From: Macrostomum hystrix
Lineage: Eukaryota > Animalia > Platyhelminthes
DNA length: 64,000 nt
Direction: 5' to 3'
NCBI GenBank assembly: GCA_950097015.1
Contig: CATNEN010000015.1
Span: forward strand, 1,612,001-1,676,000
Positions 58,895 to 64,000 of the stretch are shown one piece after another (positions within the stretch are counted from its first letter, which is position 1; each line of letters begins with the position of its first letter). The notes beneath the pieces are model-generated. The model was not told where the DNA came from and did no database searches. It was given only the letters and a program-made list of their open reading frames with translations. The translations under genes and the position numbers were made by a program.

Positions 58895-61615
58895 CAGCAT
58901 GAATTAATGACGAAAAAGCATGATATTTCGAGGGAAAAGCATGAATTTTCTAGGGGGAAGCATGAATTATCAAGGTGGAAGCCTGAATAATCAAGGGAAA
59001 ACCATGAACTGTCGATCGGAAAGCAAGAATTATCGATGGGAAGCAGGAATTATCGGAAGGAAAAGCGTGAAATATCGAGGGGAAGAATAAGCTATCAAAA
59101 GAAAGCGCGACAAATTGAAGGGGAAGCATGAATTCACGAGAGAAAAGCATGAACTATCGAGGGATAGCATCAAAAATCGTAGAGGGAGTATGACATATCG
59201 ATGGGAATGTTAAAATACATGTAATTGTTAGCTTTATCTATAGGCTAGTTGTTCTAATTATAACCAAGTGGTTTTCCTTCTAGAACAATGATTCAGAGAT
59301 TTCCCAATCAGTTACAGTATACCTCTGTTGTCTATGACATAAACTGCCTATATTTTGTTGTCCAAGCTATGTTAACACTATCGCTCCTTATACCCCCTTT
59401 TTAAATACACTGCTAACACTGGAGAATCACAGTAGATTATAACAGGGAAACATGACATATTTAGGGAGTAGAATGAATAATCGAGGAAGGAGCATGAATT
59501 ATTGACGGAAGATTAAATTTACGAGGGGAAGAATAAATTTTCGAGGGAATGCATGTATTATCGATATGATATATGATATATCGAGGGGATAGCATAAATT
59601 ATGCAGGGGGAGCAAGAATTATAAAGGAGAAAGCCTGAACTATTTAGGGGAATGCATCGATTATCGATGAAAAGCATAAATATTGAGCGAAGCATCAATT
59701 CTAAAAAGAAAATCGCGTGAAATATTGAGGGGAAGAATAATTTATCGAGGGAAAGCATGAATTATCGAGGGGGAAGCATTAAATATCAACGAGGTAGCAC
59801 GAATTATTGAAGAAAAACATCAATTATCGAGGGGGTACTGTAGTGTCAGCTTGTTTGTACTTCTATCTCCCCGTGTTATTTTTCAGTGCTTAATTATCTA
59901 TTTTTAGACGCGTGTGTTTTTTGCTAAGAGTCACCCACGCCAAGCCGGGCCGGACCAGCTGGGGGAACGGACGCCCACCACCCCGCGAGCGCTACCCCTG
60001 GGCTACGGTCCCGGCCAATCAGCGAGCGACCTGGCCTCACTACCTGTCTACCCTCGGCAAGAAGCGACCCCGGGGCTCAGAACGGCGGTCGCAAGTCTAC
60101 TGTGATTTGTCACCTTGGCTCAAGCTACAGCCAGGCATCCACCTCGCCGATCGACCTAGTTTGGGGTTGAAATGACTCTATATAACGAAGCGTGTTTTTG
60201 TAGTCCAAAATTATCTTTTTCTGCAATCCGCCTCACACTGTGAGAAGCACGTGCAAATTATCGCTATCGGCAATTCGCCTCACACTGTGAGAAGCACGCG
60301 CCAGCAAATTAAGTCCACTTGTTTTGTCCCTCCCCGCCCGACCACGCTCCGCTTGTTCAGTTAGGTAGCTTTCGGCGCTACGCGTCTTGAGAGTGCGCCG
60401 CTGACAAGGGTGGTCTAGATAGGCGCTGGTTGTCGAAGTCAGTACGTGCTCTCTTCGGAGACTCCGCCGTCCGGCAGAAGGAGTGCCAACCGATAGGATT
60501 TGTCGGGGCAGCGCTGAAAGCAGAGACAACCGGAGCCTCTCGGGAAGAGTAGGGCGCGGATTAGGCCAGTTAGGTAAAATTGTTATATCCAAATTGTTAG
60601 GCCAGACTTGCTTCTTACTGTGAGCGCTCTATGATTTATTTCCGTGCGAACATCTATCTGTCAGTATAACTTTTAAGTCAAGTAAACTATATTCAAAGTA
60701 ATTCCTATTCGTATCTGGAATCTTAGTCACAGCTGATCCAATCACTTCTAATCAAATTATTCGAGTCTTGTGTTCACACTGTGTTATTCCTTTTTCATTG
60801 GGAGTTTCGCCGGGCCGGAGGACGACATTTCCTATTCCGCTTCGCTTGCTACCCTAGTACTCTAACGCTATTTAATTTCAGATTCCCTGCTGCTATTGAA
60901 ACGATTGGTAGGACACCGACCCCGGTGAATAGTGAATAGTCGCTAGCTTTAAAATTCCTCTCGCTCCAGCTAGGACATTCATTTTATTACAGTACCATGA
61001 ATTGTCGATAAAAAGGCATGATACATCTATGGGATGAATTTTTACAAATGTAAGCGTAAAATATCGAGAAGAAGCATGAGGTGAGGTGAGGTGAAGCATG
61101 AATTTTCAGAGGAAAAGCTGGGTTTTTTAAGGGAAGTCATGCATTTTCGAAAGGAAAGCATGAATTATCAATGGGAGAGCTAGTGTAGTGAAATAAAAAT
61201 TATCGAGTCAGAATCATAAATTCTTGAGAAGAAAGCATGAGTTATTATAAGGGGAAAAGATGACATTTTGATGAAAAAGCATGAATTTTGTCGTGTGAGT
61301 ATCATTATTTATCGAAATGTTTTAGAATGTATTATCGAAAGTGTCGCAATTATTTATCAAGGGGTAGCATGGTATTTTTAAAGCGGAAGCATGTTATTAC
61401 ATGGGTTTAGCATGATAAATTAAGGACGTAGTATAAATTATTTACGGGCAGCATAAGTTATCGAGGAAACAGCAAGTATAAGTGAGGGAGCTTCACCAAA
61501 TGTTGAGAGTGGCACGATTTACTGTGGGGTTAGCATAAATTATCGAGGGGTAGCAAGCTTTGTCGAGAGGTTAGCATACTTTGTCGAGAGGTTAGCATGA
61601 TATATCAAAGAGGTA
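58895..61615. repeat. Old degenerate ~20-bp satellite (GCATGAATTATCGAGGGGAA) in blocks ~58895-59210, ~59440-59835, ~60995-61615
   Basis: Recurring AGCATGAATT and ATCGAGG cores with high divergence, interrupted by unrelated inserts. Confidence 0.75.
59838..60992. mobile_element. 1155-bp non-coding insertion into the degenerate satellite, TA on both sides, short inverted ends CTGTA...TACAG
   Basis: Left junction GGGGG-TA|CTGTAG; right junction TTACAG|TA-CCATGAATT. Removing the insert restores a satellite-like unit. Confidence 0.5.
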
Positions 61616-61616
61616 G

Positions 61617-63690
61617 TGTGACGTTGTCACTTACTGCAAGAGCCCCAATGAAAAAATGGTCGGGAGGACGGCGTGGACAGCGAAGCACCCGACGTCGCAC
61701 CGAGCGGCGAAGGGAACGCAACCGGCGAGGGCGAATGAAAGGCCGCCTCCGCCAGTCTGCTGGCAACACTGATCTGCCGACCCCCGCCCAGTCGGCTCCG
61801 CCGGGTGGCGCCGGGGACCGTGAGGCCCACCAACATCGGGCCCCAGCCTTTACAAACCGCGCTCTAAGGCTAGCAACCTTTAACTGCCGAACGCTAAAGT
61901 CTGCCTGGAGAAGGGGCATGCTCGCAAAGCTGGCATCTGACCTGCGGCTGGACCTCGTCATGCTGCAGGAGGTGTCAATCACTGCTGAGTCTGGCCTACA
62001 CCGTGAGGATCTGGGGAGCGGCTGGACGCTGCACTACACATCAGCGGACAGCAGAGGCCGTGGAGGAGTCGGCGTGCTTGTCGGACCACGGCTACGCGAG
62101 AGCATCTGCTGCGTCAGCCTGTCAGCCCGACTGCTGCGCGTGGACGTGAGACTACGTCGCCGCAATGTGCGGCTTTTCTGTGCGTACGCTCCCACAGCTG
62201 CCCATCAGCAGGAGGCGCAGGAATTCTTCGAGTTCCTGTCAGAGCAGCTCGAGATGGTGGCGCATCGCGACGCTGTGGTGATGCTTGGTGATCTCAACGC
62301 CGTAGCGCCGCGGTCCCAGCGCTGCCCGTTTGTGTCGCCACGCCAGAACGCCAACACCGCCGCGCTTGCGGACCTGATGGCGAGGCTCGACCTGGTGTCA
62401 GCCAACACGCGCTTCCGCAAACCGCCCAACCGGCTGGCGACCTTCGCCGGCTGCAAGCGAAGGAGGCGGAACGCGCGAGGCCGATTCGCTACGACCCGCT
62501 TGGCGCAGCTCGACCACGTGCTGATTCGCCATCGCGAACGCAGCCGGCTGCAGAACTGCGACACAATGGAACCCCTGGCTGTCCGGTCCGACCATCGCCT
62601 GCTCTACTGCGACCTGAGGCTCTCTGATCCGCTGTACCGACCACCAAAACGCCCTAGAAGAAGGTACTTCCGCGCCTTGCAAGACCCAGGCACCCGCAGC
62701 AGGTTTGCGTACGCCTTCGCGACCGCCCTGGGATCAGCGCAGGCGCCGGACTACAACACAATTAGCTCAGCCATCGCCACTGCCGCTGCCAAGACTCTGC
62801 CGCTTATGGAACCCGCGTCACGGCAACTTCCAGTTTGGGCGAGCGACCCGGAGGTACGTGAGGCCCGCCGCACTGTCGAGCAGCTGCGGCGAGCCAGGCG
62901 ACCGACATCCGATGCCGAGAAAGCCCTGGCAGACGCCTACGCAAGTCGACAGAAAGCCGCTGTTGACGACGCGATCCGGGCTGTTACCTCTGTCGGGCCT
63001 GAACGGCAGAACAGGGTCGTCTGGCCCGTTGTGAACGCCCTCACCGGTCGCAAAACGAAAGCGGCGCTCAACCTGGCTGGCGATACTGCCGAGGAGCGCA
63101 GAAACGAGCTGCGCACCTTCTTCGCCGCCATTGTCAACGCGCCGCCGCCGACTCTGCCGAACGAGATGCCGCTGCCCCCCGAGGTGGCGCTACCGCGGCA
63201 GGAGGACTTCGACACCAGTCCAGTGACCAGCACCGACATCGTGGAATTCGCCCGCAGGGCACCGGGAGGCCGCGCCCCCGGTCCGGATGAGGTCCCCGTA
63301 GAGGCACTGCGAGTCACAAGGGTTGCCACCGAGGTGGCCCGCGTGATGAACGGCGTCCTGGCGGGAGGCCCTGCGCCCCGCGAGTGGACCCAGGCCACCA
63401 TCGTCGGCATCCCGAAGAAGCCGGGCACTACAAAGAAGGAGGAGCATCGCGGGATCTCGCTCATGTCCTGTGCCGCGAAGCTGTTCAACCGGGTGCTGTT
63501 AGCACGGTTACAGCCTGTGCTGGACTCGTTTCTGCGGTACGAGCAGAATGGGTTCCGGCCCCGTCGCGGCACGGTGACTCAGATCCTGGCCCTCCGTCGC
63601 ATCATCGAGGAGGCGCGCATCCACCAGTCAAGCCTTGTCGTCATCTTTGTTGACTTTCTCAAAGCTTTCGACTCGGTGGCCCGAGTCACC
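61617..63690 (+). mobile_element. RTE-clade LINE, 5' portion: Arg-rich leader, AP endonuclease, RT N-terminal part; 3'-truncated
   Basis: LRLATFNCRTL...LQEV...GGVGVLV...AYAPT...VMLGDLNA...LDHVL...SDHRLL (APE); APGPDEVP...IPKK...HRGISLMSCAAKLFNR...EQNGFRPRR...FVDFLKAFDSV (RT). The frame is intact up to an abrupt end. Confidence 0.92.
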
Positions 63691-64000
63691 GAATAATTCT
63701 CGGTGGCCCGAGAGCTATTGATTAGCTACAGTCAATGCAATTTTTTTAGCATTATTACTCTTCTCGCTCTGAGAATTTTTTTTTGCAGCAGCAAGTTGTA
63801 TTCGATACAAAACTGAGGAAATAATTTCGAGCATATCTGTCAGCGTTTTAGATTCTGAAATATTATAAGATTCTTTAAGCAAAGCTGTTAGTTTTTTTTT
63901 TAGTTGTAACGTTTTTTAAGCATTCTTGCAAGCAATACGAGTATTCAATAGGATTGAAGAATAAATGAATAATGTCGCATATATGTTGCTTTGAGCAATT

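Overview
Eukaryotic (metazoan) genomic DNA with GT-AG introns, abundant minisatellites and retroelements. The style suggests a free-living flatworm such as Macrostomum (inference only; no search was run). Genes supported from the sequence: a complete CFAP161 (+, 16-2362); a convergent LIM-homeobox Lhx2/9 (apterous class) gene (-, 3772 to ~10279); a small ankyrin-repeat gene plus an upstream ankyrin pseudogene (-); a 7.6-kb intronless ORF with about 7 ubiquitin-like domains flanking ~2000 aa of low-complexity sequence (+); a FRMD4-like FERM/CUPID gene (-, 30269-48695, first exon not found); and an intronless, secreted EGFR-ectodomain-only ORF (+, 56167-57909). Mobile DNA: at least 7 copies of a tRNA-derived SINE, a 911-bp deleted Tc1/IS630-like element, two I/Nimb-type LINE fragments each directly downstream of a SINE, RTE LINE pieces, a gypsy gag-protease fragment, a Crypton-like tyrosine recombinase relic and a probable Maverick/Polinton relic. 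Most large introns carry their own minisatellite, and three arrays copy splice junctions. Best leads: the soluble EGFR-like protein truncated exactly at a disulfide-module boundary, the giant multi-UBL protein, tandem decoy splice acceptors in Lhx2/9, and an HDV-ribozyme-like motif in the SINE. All coordinates and alignments were done by eye; array ends are approximate.
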